Shown in pieces: positions 27,703 to 38,328 of a stretch of DNA of 55,806 nt. Made by a program: the position numbers and the translations under genes. Position 1 is the first letter of the stretch, and each line of letters opens with the position of its first letter. The notes beneath the pieces are model-generated. The model did not search any database, was not told where the DNA came from, and saw nothing but the letters and a program-made list of their open reading frames with translations. The stretch lies in UHGV virus genome UHGV-0167626; one strand, written 5' to 3'. This DNA comes from a virus.

Positions 27703-30700
27703 ATGTCTGCTATTTTTATATCTGAATTTAGTTCTCTGAATTTTAGAAAAGACTGGAAATTGTCTTTTCAGCAAAATGTAGATTACATACCAAAATTTCT
27801 TCCTACTGATAATATTCAAGTTCAGTATGTTGTCAAAGATTTTACACTAAACCCTTATCTTAAAAATATATGCACTGGAGAAGTCAAACAACTTTCTCCG
27901 GTACTTTTACTTGAAAATGAATCGGAGAAATGTTATCAATTAACAATTAATAATTCTTCAATATCCTCAGATACAGAGTTTAATTTATACTTTGCTTCCG
28001 ATCAGGATGGGGAGAAAATTAAAGATGCAAATTTTTGTGTTTGTACTGAACTGCCCGATACGATTCTTCTTGAATATACTAACCGAAAAAATGTTTACGA
28101 AACAATTTTTGACGGTATAGACCGATTTTTATTCAGGGTAGAAGGGGCTTTTTTGCCTCAGGAAATATCCTTTGAAAATAATACAGAAGAATTTAGAGAC
28201 CAACGATATGTATCTAAAATTCTTTCTTCTACAGCATTTGAAAAGAAAACTTTGACACTTGGTGGCGGAATGGGAGTTCCTAACTGGGTAGCAAGGAAAA
28301 TCAACTTGATTTTTTCCCTAAGCTCAGTACATGTTGAAGGGACTCCGATGGTGAGAAGTGACGGCGGAGCTGTTGAATTAACTGAAATCGGTAAATATTA
28401 TCCTCTTTATATTTATAAAATAGTACTTGAAGATGGAGAAGATAATGAAGACACTGGAGATGGTATTATTGAATATTTGAGGGCGGTAGACGAAAAAAAA
28501 AAGATAATACGCAAATCTTCTGAGAACGATTTACGAGTTTATTTAGAAGGTACTGGGATTGATACTGCAAAGATGATTCGCGAATTGGAATTAATAGGCG
28601 AATTATCAATGAATTATACCATAGAAATTGATGACAATCTATCAGGATCAACAAATAAGACAACATTGCAGTCTTTGATTCAGTTTATTTCGAAAGATTT
28701 TGTTACAAATAATAAGTTCAAGGAATATATTGATCAACCTGTCCGTACTACTGACGATGTTAAATTTAACTCTGTAGTAGCCAAAGAGAGTATAAAGACG
28801 GGGAAAGTCACTGCTGAAGAAGTAGTATCCGAAAACTTTACTTCCGGCTTATTAGGTGTCGGCCACAGGCTTTGGAATGGTGTTTTGGAGGTAAGCGAAC
28901 TCATAGTCCGCAAGACAATGCATGTTTTTGAAATAATCGTCCAGAAAGTTTCTTCTGTAAACGGCAGTATGCTTACAACCCCGGGAGGTGGAGTAAGAAT
29001 ATCAGAGGTAGAGGAATTGGAAGATGGTTACAAATGCTTATTTAACAATGATGACGGAACGATACCGAATCCTTTTGTAGTAGGAGATCAGGCGTTACAT
29101 CAGGTATTTACCGGAAAGAATATAGGAAGATACTGGCGTCTTGTAACGGAAGTTGGTGATAATTATTTTGTTCTGAGTAAAACAGATTGTGAAGCCGGCA
29201 GTGGGATTCCCCAGGTAGAAGATGAAATTATTCAGTTTGGTAACAGAACTGACAAAAACCGTCAGAATGCAGTCCTTACTACTTCTTATGGTTCAGATGC
29301 TCCCTATACTGCATATTATTCTAACGTAAACAGCTATTCTCTTGAAGGGAAAGAAGATGTTCGTGAGGGTAATTTGAGAGGCATCAATGACCCTGATTTC
29401 GGACAACTTTCAGGTAGTGGATTTTACGGTAAGAATGTTTATTTAAAAGGTATCTTTAGGTTGTTGTCCGGCAAAACGGTGGAAGAGTCCATCGGAGACG
29501 TGCAGAGTAACCTAGACAACCTCCAAGTAGGAGAAACCAACCTTCTTGACAATAGTAACAAGGGATGGAAGAATAGTTATTATCTAACAGCGACAATTTA
29601 CTTAGGAGATTACAAACCCAAAGAAGGAGAAGAATGTACAATTGTTATTAAAGGGAAATTAGGAACTGATAAAACATATTTTCGCATATTTAATTCAGGT
29701 GGTTCGGTTGTATTAACTGGATTATTCCGAAATATGTTTAATGCAGATAATATTGCAACAAGAACCTTTAAATGGAAATTAGAACAATCATCGGTCGTTG
29801 CTGATAATAAATTCATTAATATATATGCATACGAATCAAGTGTAGTTGCAGAATCTGAAATAGAGTGGGTAAAACTAGTATTAGGCAATAAAACTTCGCT
29901 ATTGTGGACCCCCTCTATCAACGATCAGAGGCAGATTGCAATAGATGAAGCGGGAAAGGTTGTTGATGGGATACAGATCGGTTCCCAGAACCTTATATCC
30001 AAAAAAATGATGTTGAAGTGGAATGAGAAGAACAAGGATATTGCGGTTTGGGGACAAGATGAAGACGGGGTGTATTTGAATGTTAATCATAAATTACTTA
30101 CAGATTATGTTTCGGGAGGCTTAGATCTAAAAGATGTTTTTGGAGGGGCAATTAAATTTAAAACAAACACGCAGTATGTATTTTCCGTAGAATGGAAGGT
30201 TTCAGCTAATGGTGAAAATGATGGTATTCGTTTTATTTTCTTATATACAGATGGTAGCATCCAATATGTTTCGCTGAAAGGTAATCAGACTACAAAAGCT
30301 CGTATAAACTATGTTACTGATCCAGGTAAAACAATCAGTAAAATATCTAGTTCACACGGATTTTATGCGATACAATCTTTGATCTACAACATCTCCCTAA
30401 TCGAAGGCAATAAACCCCTGCAAGGCTTTCCAGTAGCAGAAGAAGATCAGACCGGAGCAAATAATGTGAATCTGGCGGATGGGACGAAGGAATTTACGAT
30501 AGGCGTAGGATCTACGAATTATACCTATAAGGGATTATATGTATCTAAAATAAAGCCTAACACGGTATATTACGTAAATGCAGGTAATATTCAGAATTTA
30601 GTAGGTAACCCTGATAGATATTCTTTTGTACTTTATAATAAAGATATAAGTACTGTGCTATGTCCAACATTAAAAGCAGATAAGAATGGAGGTTTTTTAA

Positions 30701-32322
30701 TCACATACAATAATTTCACTGAACAAGAAGGACGTTTATTGTGTTATGCAGGTATAGATGGCTCCACTCTTGGTAACTCTGTAAAATTCACCGAAGTGAT
30801 GCTAGTCGAAGGTTTCCTGCCCGCCCCTGTTTGGACTCCTTCTTTCTCCGAGCAGCAAGCAGAAATAAAAACGATAACGAAAACCCTGACCGAAATTAAA
30901 GCCGAAAACGGAGAAATAAGTTTAAGGGTTAACGAAGTTTCTGAGAGAGTGGAAGAAGCCAAACAAGAGGCAATTGATACTGCAAAAGAATACACAACTC
31001 TTAAAACATATCGTGAAACAGAGATCGACTTAAGGGCTGAAAAGTGGGATCAGGACACATATTATCCAGTAACTATTAGAATACCAACTTATGAGACAAT
31101 GATAGAAGTTACTGCGATGTGGGGTGCTTCAAAACCAGAATGGTCAACACATGAATCCGGTTTTTCAATGAACTGTGTATGGCGTAGTAACGGGAGTAAT
31201 TGGAATTCAAATATTGTTAAAAGAATAATTGAGGTTTTCGAATATAAATTTACCAAGGAAATACCCGATACTACCCCAGTGCAATATATACTCCCTGCCG
31301 GCAGTATTGGGCAACTAACTAGTAGTAGCGAAGAACTTATTTATCTTCGTGGAGGTGGTAGGTACCTATTTAAAATCGGGAACAATTGTGTAGCAGTAGT
31401 ACACGATAGTCGTTATACGGCTCCAGATGGGACAGCTGTTGCTCCTGTTACTTCGGTAATCAGGCCTGTTCTTACGAATGTAATGAAGACGGAATTTGAT
31501 TCTCAGATAACACAATTAAAGAATAGTATTAATCTAAGGGTAACCAAAACGGATTATGACAAGAATAATCAGGTCCTGAATCAATCTATAGGAAACCTGC
31601 AAACGTCCTATAACTCCATATCCGGTACGGTAAGCAGTCTTAACACGAGATTACAGACGGTTGAGAAGGCTGGATATATTACTACTTCGCAAGGAAATAC
31701 ACTTTATGCAAGTAAGAAGCTGGAGAACGGGAATGAGCTGATTTCCTATATTAATCAGGATGCAACAAACACAACCATCAAAGCTAAAAATATTAACCTG
31801 AATGGAGCTATCAGCGCAAACGGGAATGTTCAGATTACAACAGATGGGAAACTTATTGCAGTTAACGGAGAGTTTACAGGAAAAATTACAGCGACTAGCG
31901 GTATAATTGGAGGATTTGAAATAGGATCTACATATATACAAAACGGCGGATTAAAATTATCTTCTGGAAGTATTGAATATAAAGGAGGTAATGTTCAAGC
32001 AAATTTTGGAGCATTATATACAGGTATATCGGGATATGAAATAGGACTATATATTAAAAATAAGGCACCATCTACTGGTACACAGAGAGCATGTGCATAC
32101 TTTGAAGGTTCAATAGGTAATATAGAATTTGCTTCATCTAGAACAATGATAAATATATCATCTGTTCCAAGCAATAAAGAGGCCTTACGAATTGAATCCG
32201 GGCAAGTGTATATGGATGCAAATAGTGGTGGTATCTTCTTTAAAAATGTTCAAAACGTTAATGGCAAAAGTAATTATTACTTATGCATAAGAAAATCAGA
32301 CGGAAAATTATATTACAGATAA
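27703..32322 (+). CDS. Tail fibre/host-specificity protein with three carbohydrate-binding-like modules
   Basis: 1539 aa; repeated NL..(L)xxG..(W/F).P modules; C-terminal ATSGIIGGF fibre-like region. Confidence 0.75.
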   Translation: MSAIFISEFSSLNFRKDWKLSFQQNVDYIPKFLPTDNIQVQYVVKDFTLNPYLKNICTGEVKQLSPVLLLENESEKCYQLTINNSSISSDTEFNLYFASDQDGEKIKDANFCVCTELPDTILLEYTNRKNVYETIFDGIDRFLFRVEGAFLPQEISFENNTEEFRDQRYVSKILSSTAFEKKTLTLGGGMGVPNWVARKINLIFSLSSVHVEGTPMVRSDGGAVELTEIGKYYPLYIYKIVLEDGEDNEDTGDGIIEYLRAVDEKKKIIRKSSENDLRVYLEGTGIDTAKMIRELELIGELSMNYTIEIDDNLSGSTNKTTLQSLIQFISKDFVTNNKFKEYIDQPVRTTDDVKFNSVVAKESIKTGKVTAEEVVSENFTSGLLGVGHRLWNGVLEVSELIVRKTMHVFEIIVQKVSSVNGSMLTTPGGGVRISEVEELEDGYKCLFNNDDGTIPNPFVVGDQALHQVFTGKNIGRYWRLVTEVGDNYFVLSKTDCEAGSGIPQVEDEIIQFGNRTDKNRQNAVLTTSYGSDAPYTAYYSNVNSYSLEGKEDVREGNLRGINDPDFGQLSGSGFYGKNVYLKGIFRLLSGKTVEESIGDVQSNLDNLQVGETNLLDNSNKGWKNSYYLTATIYLGDYKPKEGEECTIVIKGKLGTDKTYFRIFNSGGSVVLTGLFRNMFNADNIATRTFKWKLEQSSVVADNKFINIYAYESSVVAESEIEWVKLVLGNKTSLLWTPSINDQRQIAIDEAGKVVDGIQIGSQNLISKKMMLKWNEKNKDIAVWGQDEDGVYLNVNHKLLTDYVSGGLDLKDVFGGAIKFKTNTQYVFSVEWKVSANGENDGIRFIFLYTDGSIQYVSLKGNQTTKARINYVTDPGKTISKISSSHGFYAIQSLIYNISLIEGNKPLQGFPVAEEDQTGANNVNLADGTKEFTIGVGSTNYTYKGLYVSKIKPNTVYYVNAGNIQNLVGNPDRYSFVLYNKDISTVLCPTLKADKNGGFLITYNNFTEQEGRLLCYAGIDGSTLGNSVKFTEVMLVEGFLPAPVWTPSFSEQQAEIKTITKTLTEIKAENGEISLRVNEVSERVEEAKQEAIDTAKEYTTLKTYRETEIDLRAEKWDQDTYYPVTIRIPTYETMIEVTAMWGASKPEWSTHESGFSMNCVWRSNGSNWNSNIVKRIIEVFEYKFTKEIPDTTPVQYILPAGSIGQLTSSSEELIYLRGGGRYLFKIGNNCVAVVHDSRYTAPDGTAVAPVTSVIRPVLTNVMKTEFDSQITQLKNSINLRVTKTDYDKNNQVLNQSIGNLQTSYNSISGTVSSLNTRLQTVEKAGYITTSQGNTLYASKKLENGNELISYINQDATNTTIKAKNINLNGAISANGNVQITTDGKLIAVNGEFTGKITATSGIIGGFEIGSTYIQNGGLKLSSGSIEYKGGNVQANFGALYTGISGYEIGLYIKNKAPSTGTQRACAYFEGSIGNIEFASSRTMINISSVPSNKEALRIESGQVYMDANSGGIFFKNVQNVNGKSNYYLCIRKSDGKLYYR

Positions 32323-32334
32323 ATTATAAAAAAC

Positions 32335-32628
32335 ATGGAAATTAACTATTTTATTTCAGCAAAAGCAACGGCAACGGTACAGAATATAAATGTATCGCTG
32401 AGTGCAGAGTATCAAAAAGAGCAAGCACCGGAAGTTATCTCCGTAGTAGCAAACGGATACTTGGACGACGGGAAGAAATTCATGAATGCAACCCTTAAAT
32501 ACAATCCTAAGTCCGAGGATTTCAATTCGATTAACGGATCAAATGTTGACTTGGGTATTATTCAGGGGATTGTTCCATTAATTACGGAATTTTATAGAAA
32601 GATTACTGAAACATTCACTAACTACTAA
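32335..32628 (+). CDS. Hypothetical tail-associated protein
   Basis: ORF, synteny. Confidence 0.6.
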   Translation: MEINYFISAKATATVQNINVSLSAEYQKEQAPEVISVVANGYLDDGKKFMNATLKYNPKSEDFNSINGSNVDLGIIQGIVPLITEFYRKITETFTNY

Positions 32629-32632
32629 CAAA

Positions 32633-32923
32633 ATGAAATATAGTTTTGACGTAAAAGATGTATCAGCAATTGATTTGTTAGGTAATAATTATATCCAATT
32701 GCTGGAAGAGAATCAAAATAAAGGCATTCATCAACTTGTCGGAAATGCCGTGTATGTGTGCACAAACACAATTGAAATGCATGAAATTGCCAAAAAGATA
32801 TTCAACGGGGAAGCTGTGGATATGAATGAAAATGAGACAGAATTATTCAAAGCCTCAATAATGGATTCAACCTGGCATGTTTTTATTAAAAACGCTATTA
32901 TCTCTGCAATCAAAAACAAATAA
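32633..32923 (+). CDS. Hypothetical tail-associated protein
   Basis: ORF, synteny. Confidence 0.6.
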   Translation: MKYSFDVKDVSAIDLLGNNYIQLLEENQNKGIHQLVGNAVYVCTNTIEMHEIAKKIFNGEAVDMNENETELFKASIMDSTWHVFIKNAIISAIKNK

Positions 32924-33020
32924 AAAAGAGGCCGCCCTCGCGACCTCTATAAATATTTCCCAAGCAACCCCAAGTCAATCTTATGTTGCAAATTTACAAA
33001 GTTTTTTTTGAGAATACAAA
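32922..33020 (-). ncRNA. Antisense sRNA unit upstream of endolysin
   Basis: TTTG-N20-TAAATTTG promoter (33020-32989) and hairpin plus U-tract at 32948-32922. Confidence 0.5.
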
Positions 33021-33046
33021 AGAATAATTTAGAAATATAAAACAAT

Positions 33047-33505
33047 ATGAACAAAGAGGAATGGAGAAGGTTAATAACCGAAACGCTGAAAGAAACAGGC
33101 TTGTACTCTGACAATGCAAGAGATCTTATCATGGGGACGTTTGCTCAGGAAAGCAATTTTAAGTACACCCGGCAAATTGGCGGTGGTCCGGCTTTAGGAT
33201 ATGGGCAGATGGAGCCGGCAACCTTCAATGATATTGTGGTTAATTTTCTCCGGCATAAACCGGAACTAATGGGGAAAGTAATGAAAGCATCCAGTGTTGT
33301 AACTTTGGAACCTGAAATGCTTGTAGATAACAAAAAGCTGATGATCTGTATGACCCGCATACATTATTTGCGTGTAAAGGAGGCATTACCTTCGAATAAG
33401 GATGTTTGGGCGATGGGTGAATACTGGAAACAATATTACAATACGCCATTAGGCAGAGGGACCGTAAAGGAGTTTGTCGAGAACTATAAAAAATATTGTT
33501 TATAA
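33047..33505 (+). CDS. Endolysin (lysozyme-like fold)
   Basis: QES..GGGPALGYGQMEPAT..YWKQYYNT; upstream of holin. Confidence 0.75.
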   Translation: MNKEEWRRLITETLKETGLYSDNARDLIMGTFAQESNFKYTRQIGGGPALGYGQMEPATFNDIVVNFLRHKPELMGKVMKASSVVTLEPEMLVDNKKLMICMTRIHYLRVKEALPSNKDVWAMGEYWKQYYNTPLGRGTVKEFVENYKKYCL

Positions 33506-33550
33506 CAATGTTTCGGGAGGGGATAGAAGTACCACATTTAAATTAAGATT

Positions 33551-33985
33551 ATGAGTGAAAGAAACACAATTTCGGCAATGGTATCAGTATTCATGAGTGG
33601 TTTTATGGATTTTATTGAGCCTTTAAAATGGTTTATGCTGCTTGCACTGATATTAATTATTGTAGACCTAAGGTTTGGGATAGCAGCAGCTAGGAAAAGA
33701 GGTGAAAAGATCCGGTTTTCACGGGCAGGGAGAAGGACTATTAATAAGATGGTAGATTACTTATGTTGGATTCTTCTTGCCGGGGCTATTGGAAAAGCAT
33801 TTGGGATACCTTTTGATATTCCGTTACTTCCTTCGATTGTTTTATTGGTTATATATGGTTTTGAAATAAATTCTTGTTATGGGAATTACTTTGAAGCTCA
33901 CGGTCGGCATGTAAAGGTCGATATTTTTAAATTTTTCAGGCGGAAGTCTGATATTATTGACATAGAAGAAAAAACAGAAAAATGA
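33551..33985 (+). CDS. Holin
   Basis: Three TM segments, DLRFG..SRAGRRTINK..Y, EINSCYGN. Confidence 0.85.
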   Translation: MSERNTISAMVSVFMSGFMDFIEPLKWFMLLALILIIVDLRFGIAAARKRGEKIRFSRAGRRTINKMVDYLCWILLAGAIGKAFGIPFDIPLLPSIVLLVIYGFEINSCYGNYFEAHGRHVKVDIFKFFRRKSDIIDIEEKTEK

Positions 33986-34359
33986 GGATAATAATTATAC
34001 TGATAGCCCTTTCTATATTCTCCTGCCGGAGTATTCAGTACGTGCCGGTAGAGACAGTAAAGACAGAGAAAGAATACATTGACAAGATAAAGCGGGATAG
34101 TATCTATGTACGCGACAGTGTATTTGTTCTTGTTAAAGGCGATACAGTTTTCAGAGACAAATATCATATTGTGTATCGTGATAGGCTTATGCATGATACG
34201 GTAAATATAAGCAAAACAGATAGCATCGCGGTCCCCTATCCGGTTGAAGTTGTAAAAAACAAAGTACCAAGCATTATGTGGTGGCTTATCATTTTACTGG
34301 CAGCATTCAGTATACCGTCTGTATTAAAGATTATCCGGTTTATCCGGGGCAAAATATAA
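33982..34359 (+). CDS. Lipoprotein, candidate unimolecular spanin
   Basis: Lipobox IFSC, beta-rich DS/DT repeats, C-terminal TM. Confidence 0.65.
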   Translation: MRIIIILIALSIFSCRSIQYVPVETVKTEKEYIDKIKRDSIYVRDSVFVLVKGDTVFRDKYHIVYRDRLMHDTVNISKTDSIAVPYPVEVVKNKVPSIMWWLIILLAAFSIPSVLKIIRFIRGKI

Positions 34360-34399
34360 AAAGAAGCCCCACTTCAAAAATATAGCGTACCACCACTAC

Positions 34400-34448
34400 A
34401 TCCTGTCTGTAAGACTTCTTTCGGGGAGTTTTACGGACAGGATTTTTA
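34400..34448 (+). terminator. Long hairpin after lysis cassette
   Basis: atcctgtctgtaagactt/gagttttacggacaggat followed by T-tract. Confidence 0.6.
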
Positions 34449-34476
34449 TTGGTTGCACTTTTTTGAGAAAAAATTT

Positions 34477-34680
34477 ATGAAAAAATTACAAAGGCCGAGT
34501 ACGATGGTGCGTAACAAACAAGTTATCAGCATATATGAAGAATTAAAAAACTCAGAAAAATATTCAGATTTTTTCCATTTGCTTCCACGTTCTTTCATAT
34601 ATGATAAAATAAAGGAACAGACCGGGCTGTGTCACAAGACAATTGCTGACATACTAAATCACCGCGAAAAAGAAGAGTGA
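34477..34680 (+). CDS. Small HTH-like protein
   Basis: IYDKIKEQTGLCHKTIADILN helix-turn-helix pattern. Confidence 0.6.
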   Translation: MKKLQRPSTMVRNKQVISIYEELKNSEKYSDFFHLLPRSFIYDKIKEQTGLCHKTIADILNHREKEE

Positions 34681-34708
34681 ATATGCCCGGATACTACCGA
34701 GCAATTAA

Positions 34709-35497
34709 TTATGAAAAAACAATTTCTAATTTTTTCAATAAATCTTCGAATTTGTCTGCATAGTATAATGGTTGTGTTTCTTTGGGATTCGACGGGTTAA
34801 TCTGGTTCTCTCCAAAACCGGCAGCTTTTTCAGTTAAAGATTTGAAATACTTAATTTTACCATTTGATGATGGACGTTGAAGCTCTTTTATGAAACCGGC
34901 CCCTATCATCTTTTGGTTAAATTCCCTGGTACTAATTTGTACGCCGTGTTGTTGTAGTAAGACTGTGGGAGCCAACAACTGGCCTTTAGAATGCGTGTAA
35001 TCCGGTGTAGGTAACCCTAACGGATCTCCGACCTGTTTAAGCATGAATAAAGTAGATGAATCATTTAGGTTAAGTATTTCTCTCACACCTTTGACCCATT
35101 CAAGGGAAGTTTTTATTCTTGTAGGGGTTGGATTCAAACTTATATTTTCTGCTGCCTTATGGAATACTTTCCGATATACTTCAAATACCGGACGTACTTT
35201 TTTGACTATAAAATATTCAAGACATGATACTGAAATAAAATAGTCTATTTTAGGATTTGGGTTAATCCATTGAGAATCAGGTTGCGGATTCTGCCGGAGC
35301 GATACGAAATCTTCCTTCTCAATAAAATCTCTTCTTAATGCCTCAACTGCGTCGGATTTCTTTGTGTAAACCAATGGCCAAACATCTTCCAAGTTTACCG
35401 GAAATTCTTCTTTTGATTTTGCTAACTTTAGAACAGCCTTGAAATAATATTTAACTTCATTTTCGCTACTTTGTTTTGTTAATTGTATTGTTTTCAT
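34709..35497 (-). CDS. Antirepressor-like DNA-binding protein
   Basis: FPVNLEDVWPLVY..RPVFEVYRKVFH N-domain, KilA-C-like FNQKM..ETQPLYY C-domain. Confidence 0.7.
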   Translation of the reverse strand: MKTIQLTKQSSENEVKYYFKAVLKLAKSKEEFPVNLEDVWPLVYTKKSDAVEALRRDFIEKEDFVSLRQNPQPDSQWINPNPKIDYFISVSCLEYFIVKKVRPVFEVYRKVFHKAAENISLNPTPTRIKTSLEWVKGVREILNLNDSSTLFMLKQVGDPLGLPTPDYTHSKGQLLAPTVLLQQHGVQISTREFNQKMIGAGFIKELQRPSSNGKIKYFKSLTEKAAGFGENQINPSNPKETQPLYYADKFEDLLKKLEIVFS

Positions 35498-35618
35498 ATC
35501 TTTGAATGTTTTTTGCAAAGACTGGGACGGCCAAATCACAAGTCAATGCAGTTAAAAGGAAAGGGCAAAGGAATGACTGCCTAATGTGAGAGCTTGCAGT
35601 TACTCCGATGCCCTTATT

Positions 35619-36239
35619 TTAGTTAATTGGCATATCAAATACCTGCTTTAAAACATTTTCGGGATAGGTTTTGACTTTCCCGAATCGCGGATCTGGTATT
35701 TCCTCCGGTTCAATGCCAAGTTGTCTGCAAAGATTACATGCCTTCCTTCCCAAACTTGCTGCCAGTTTTATTCCGACCTGTATTTTAAGAAGTGTTCCAT
35801 ATCCGGCAATGGTAAACCAGTTTTGGTGTGTAGTCTGTTTTGCCTCAATAACTTTAACTCGGTCATCTATCTCTGAAATACGTTTTTCCTGTGCTTGCAG
35901 GATTTGGATTGACTGAGCTAAAATGTCAAGCTGACTTAATGGTTTGGTTGCACGTTTTTCTATTTCGATAAAATAATTACGTATTTGTTCACCGGTTTCG
36001 GTACGTGCCATCATGGAAAGGCGTTTAGCAAAGTCGATAGAGAGGGCAAAATCAATTGTTCTCCCACTTAGTGGGAGTTGTGCATAATCTTCATTTTCAA
36101 CAGCAAAAGAATTATTAGTAATATTCTTTTTATACCAATTAGCCCAATGCTGAGGCGCAAACCCTAATTTTTCGTAAAGCTCCCGTGCAGAAACGGCTTT
36201 CTTACCGTCATTCTCCACAATCTTAATCAACTCATTCAT
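35619..36239 (-). CDS. AntA/AntB-type antirepressor
   Basis: AVSARELYEKL..DFAKRLSMM..GEQIRNYFIEIEK; DPRFGKVKTYP. Confidence 0.85.
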   Translation of the reverse strand: MNELIKIVENDGKKAVSARELYEKLGFAPQHWANWYKKNITNNSFAVENEDYAQLPLSGRTIDFALSIDFAKRLSMMARTETGEQIRNYFIEIEKRATKPLSQLDILAQSIQILQAQEKRISEIDDRVKVIEAKQTTHQNWFTIAGYGTLLKIQVGIKLAASLGRKACNLCRQLGIEPEEIPDPRFGKVKTYPENVLKQVFDMPIN

Positions 36240-36537
36240 GGTTTTCTCTTTTTAAATGTTGAAGTCTGAAAACATCCACACACGCAGAATGATAATCTAC
36301 ATTTGTAGGATGCGTTTTGCAATATCCGCGGTATTCCTCAAAATGTCCGCATGAAAGAATGAAGAAATAAGCCTGATTCTTACAATTCTTTTCGATTTCA
36401 AACAGCCTTTTGTAGGTTTCAAGCTGCTGCTTTAGTGATAAGATTTCGCCCGTTTCGTGAGTGTGACGCACATTGTCTGTGCCTTTCCCATGGTTGGTGG
36501 TTTGATTTGTGTTTGTCATGATATATTTATTAAGCAC
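36232..36537 (-). CDS. Small leader-controlled protein (module B)
   Basis: EIEKNCKNQAYFFILS, paralogous to 55157-55453. Confidence 0.7.
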   Translation of the reverse strand: MLNKYIMTNTNQTTNHGKGTDNVRHTHETGEILSLKQQLETYKRLFEIEKNCKNQAYFFILSCGHFEEYRGYCKTHPTNVDYHSACVDVFRLQHLKRENHE

Positions 36538-36795
36538 TTAGGTACAGAAAAACGGCGTACCTTTCCCGCTGCTTAATCACCTCATGACTGGCTAAAATCT
36601 GCCATTACAACAGATTTACGGGGGTATACGCCGTTAGACAAATATTTTCCTTTCCAAACAACAAAATACAAAGTATGGAAAATACAAATCAATAAGGCAT
36701 AAAAAAACCGCCATACAGCGGGTACTCTTACTCCGCCAGTCATTAGAAGATTAAGCAAGACAAATGTATGAAATATTTTTTGATATTCACAACAT
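36529..36795 (-). promoter_or_regulatory. Antisense-keyed leader module B (key TGCTTAATC)
   Basis: Key 36749-36757 and at GTG start 36529-36537, complement 36570-36578; TACATTTG 36761-36768. Confidence 0.7.
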
Positions 36796-36948
36796 CTAAA
36801 TAAAACTTTCTTTTTTATTGGAAATTTATTCTGTTTTAAGTCCTTAAACTTCTATTGTATAGGAATGTAACTTTTTATAAAGCAGCTATTTATGTCGAAT
36901 TTTGAAATGTCCGGCAATGTTGCCGGGGTAATTCAAAATTCGATAAAA

Positions 36949-37920
36949 ATGAGCGAATCAAAAACTTTTGTTTTCCCGGAAAGCGGGAACGGAGGCGGAA
37001 GTGGAATGTTAGCCATGTTGGCTCCTTTGCTTCAGCAAAAAGGGATCGATCCGAACCTACTTGTAGCTATGCAAGGCCGTAATAATAACGGATTCGGTGG
37101 AGAAGGCGGATGGTTTATTTGGGTTATTTTCTTATTCTTCCTCATGGGTTGGGGTAACAACGGATGGGGAAATGGTGGCTTTGGCGGTGGCAATGGAGCA
37201 GCAGGAATCCCCAATCTGATTAACAACGACACAGGGAGGGAGTTACTAATGAGTGCCATTCAAGGGAACGGTCAGGCTATCAACAATCTGGCAACAAATC
37301 TGAACTGTTCAATCGGTCAGGTTCAGCAGGCTATCAATGGTGTAATGTCACAGATTCAACAGGTGGGAAATCAGGTAGGGCAGAGTTCTATGCAGATTAT
37401 TAACGCTATTCAATCCGGTAACTGTCAGATTGCACAACAGATTGCATCATGCTGCTGTGAGAACCGTCTAGCTATCTGTCAGCAGACAAACACCCTGCAA
37501 AATGCAATTAATGGTGTTGCAACCGGGCAGGAAAGAGGATTTGCATCCGTGGCCTATGAGACACAACGTCAGACCTGTGACTTGCAAAATTCCATCAAGG
37601 AAAGCACACAGCAGATTATTGCCGGCCAACGTGCTGCCGAAATGCGTGAGATGCAGAACAAAATTGACAAGCTCCGTGAAGAAAACAGCACTTACAAGAG
37701 TTCAGCTATGACTTCTCAAATTGTAGGCCAGGCTACCGCACCTCTTGGAGCCGCTTTGACAGATTTAAGCGCACGCCTTGCCAAGATTGAATGCAAGCAG
37801 CCGGAAACTGTGACTGTGCCTTACAGTCCTATTGCGGCAGTTCCCAACTGTGTGGCATACCAATACGGCTTGTATGGTGGTTTTAATCCTTATGCAGCCG
37901 GTAATGGCTTTTGGGGTTAA
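36949..37920 (+). CDS. Gly/Asn-rich membrane-anchored coiled-coil protein with CCC motif
   Basis: Likely start MSESK; WFIWVIFLFFLMGWG TM, Q/N-rich helices, SCCCENR. Confidence 0.8.
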   Translation: MSESKTFVFPESGNGGGSGMLAMLAPLLQQKGIDPNLLVAMQGRNNNGFGGEGGWFIWVIFLFFLMGWGNNGWGNGGFGGGNGAAGIPNLINNDTGRELLMSAIQGNGQAINNLATNLNCSIGQVQQAINGVMSQIQQVGNQVGQSSMQIINAIQSGNCQIAQQIASCCCENRLAICQQTNTLQNAINGVATGQERGFASVAYETQRQTCDLQNSIKESTQQIIAGQRAAEMREMQNKIDKLREENSTYKSSAMTSQIVGQATAPLGAALTDLSARLAKIECKQPETVTVPYSPIAAVPNCVAYQYGLYGGFNPYAAGNGFWG

Positions 37921-37938
37921 TTGAGAAAGGAGGCTATT

Positions 37939-38280
37939 ATGGCAGTATATCCTTTTCAATTCGTAAACCGTAGGGGCTCTGCGGCTATATCGACCTCGGG
38001 CGTAACGGTCAATACTGCTAATGTAGTGTTTTCCTTTCCCAATCATGCCTTTGTGAACGCATGGTACAGAGGGACGATATACATTAACATTGCCCAGACG
38101 ATACCTACCGGGACAACCGGCACACTTCCCATTCTGTTCGAGACCAATGGGACCACACAGTCGATCACTAAATATAACGGGGAAGCACTGACTGCAGCAG
38201 ATATTCCCGGTACTGGTGTGTATGAGTTCTGGTTTGACCGTGCAACCAACACGTTGCAGATTATGACCGGAGTGGTTTAA
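37939..38280 (+). CDS. Beta-rich cassette protein
   Basis: Likely start MAVYPF after GAAAGGAGG. Confidence 0.75.
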   Translation: MAVYPFQFVNRRGSAAISTSGVTVNTANVVFSFPNHAFVNAWYRGTIYINIAQTIPTGTTGTLPILFETNGTTQSITKYNGEALTAADIPGTGVYEFWFDRATNTLQIMTGVV

Positions 38281-38328
38281 AACAACTACGGACGGGAGAA
38301 ATCCCGTCCATTAAAGAGTTAATTAATT

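Noticed and set aside
35540..35618. Possible fifth keyed leader between the two antirepressor genes
   Set aside because: A hairpin and a repeated TAACTGCA are present, but I found no promoter or complementary key over the start codon
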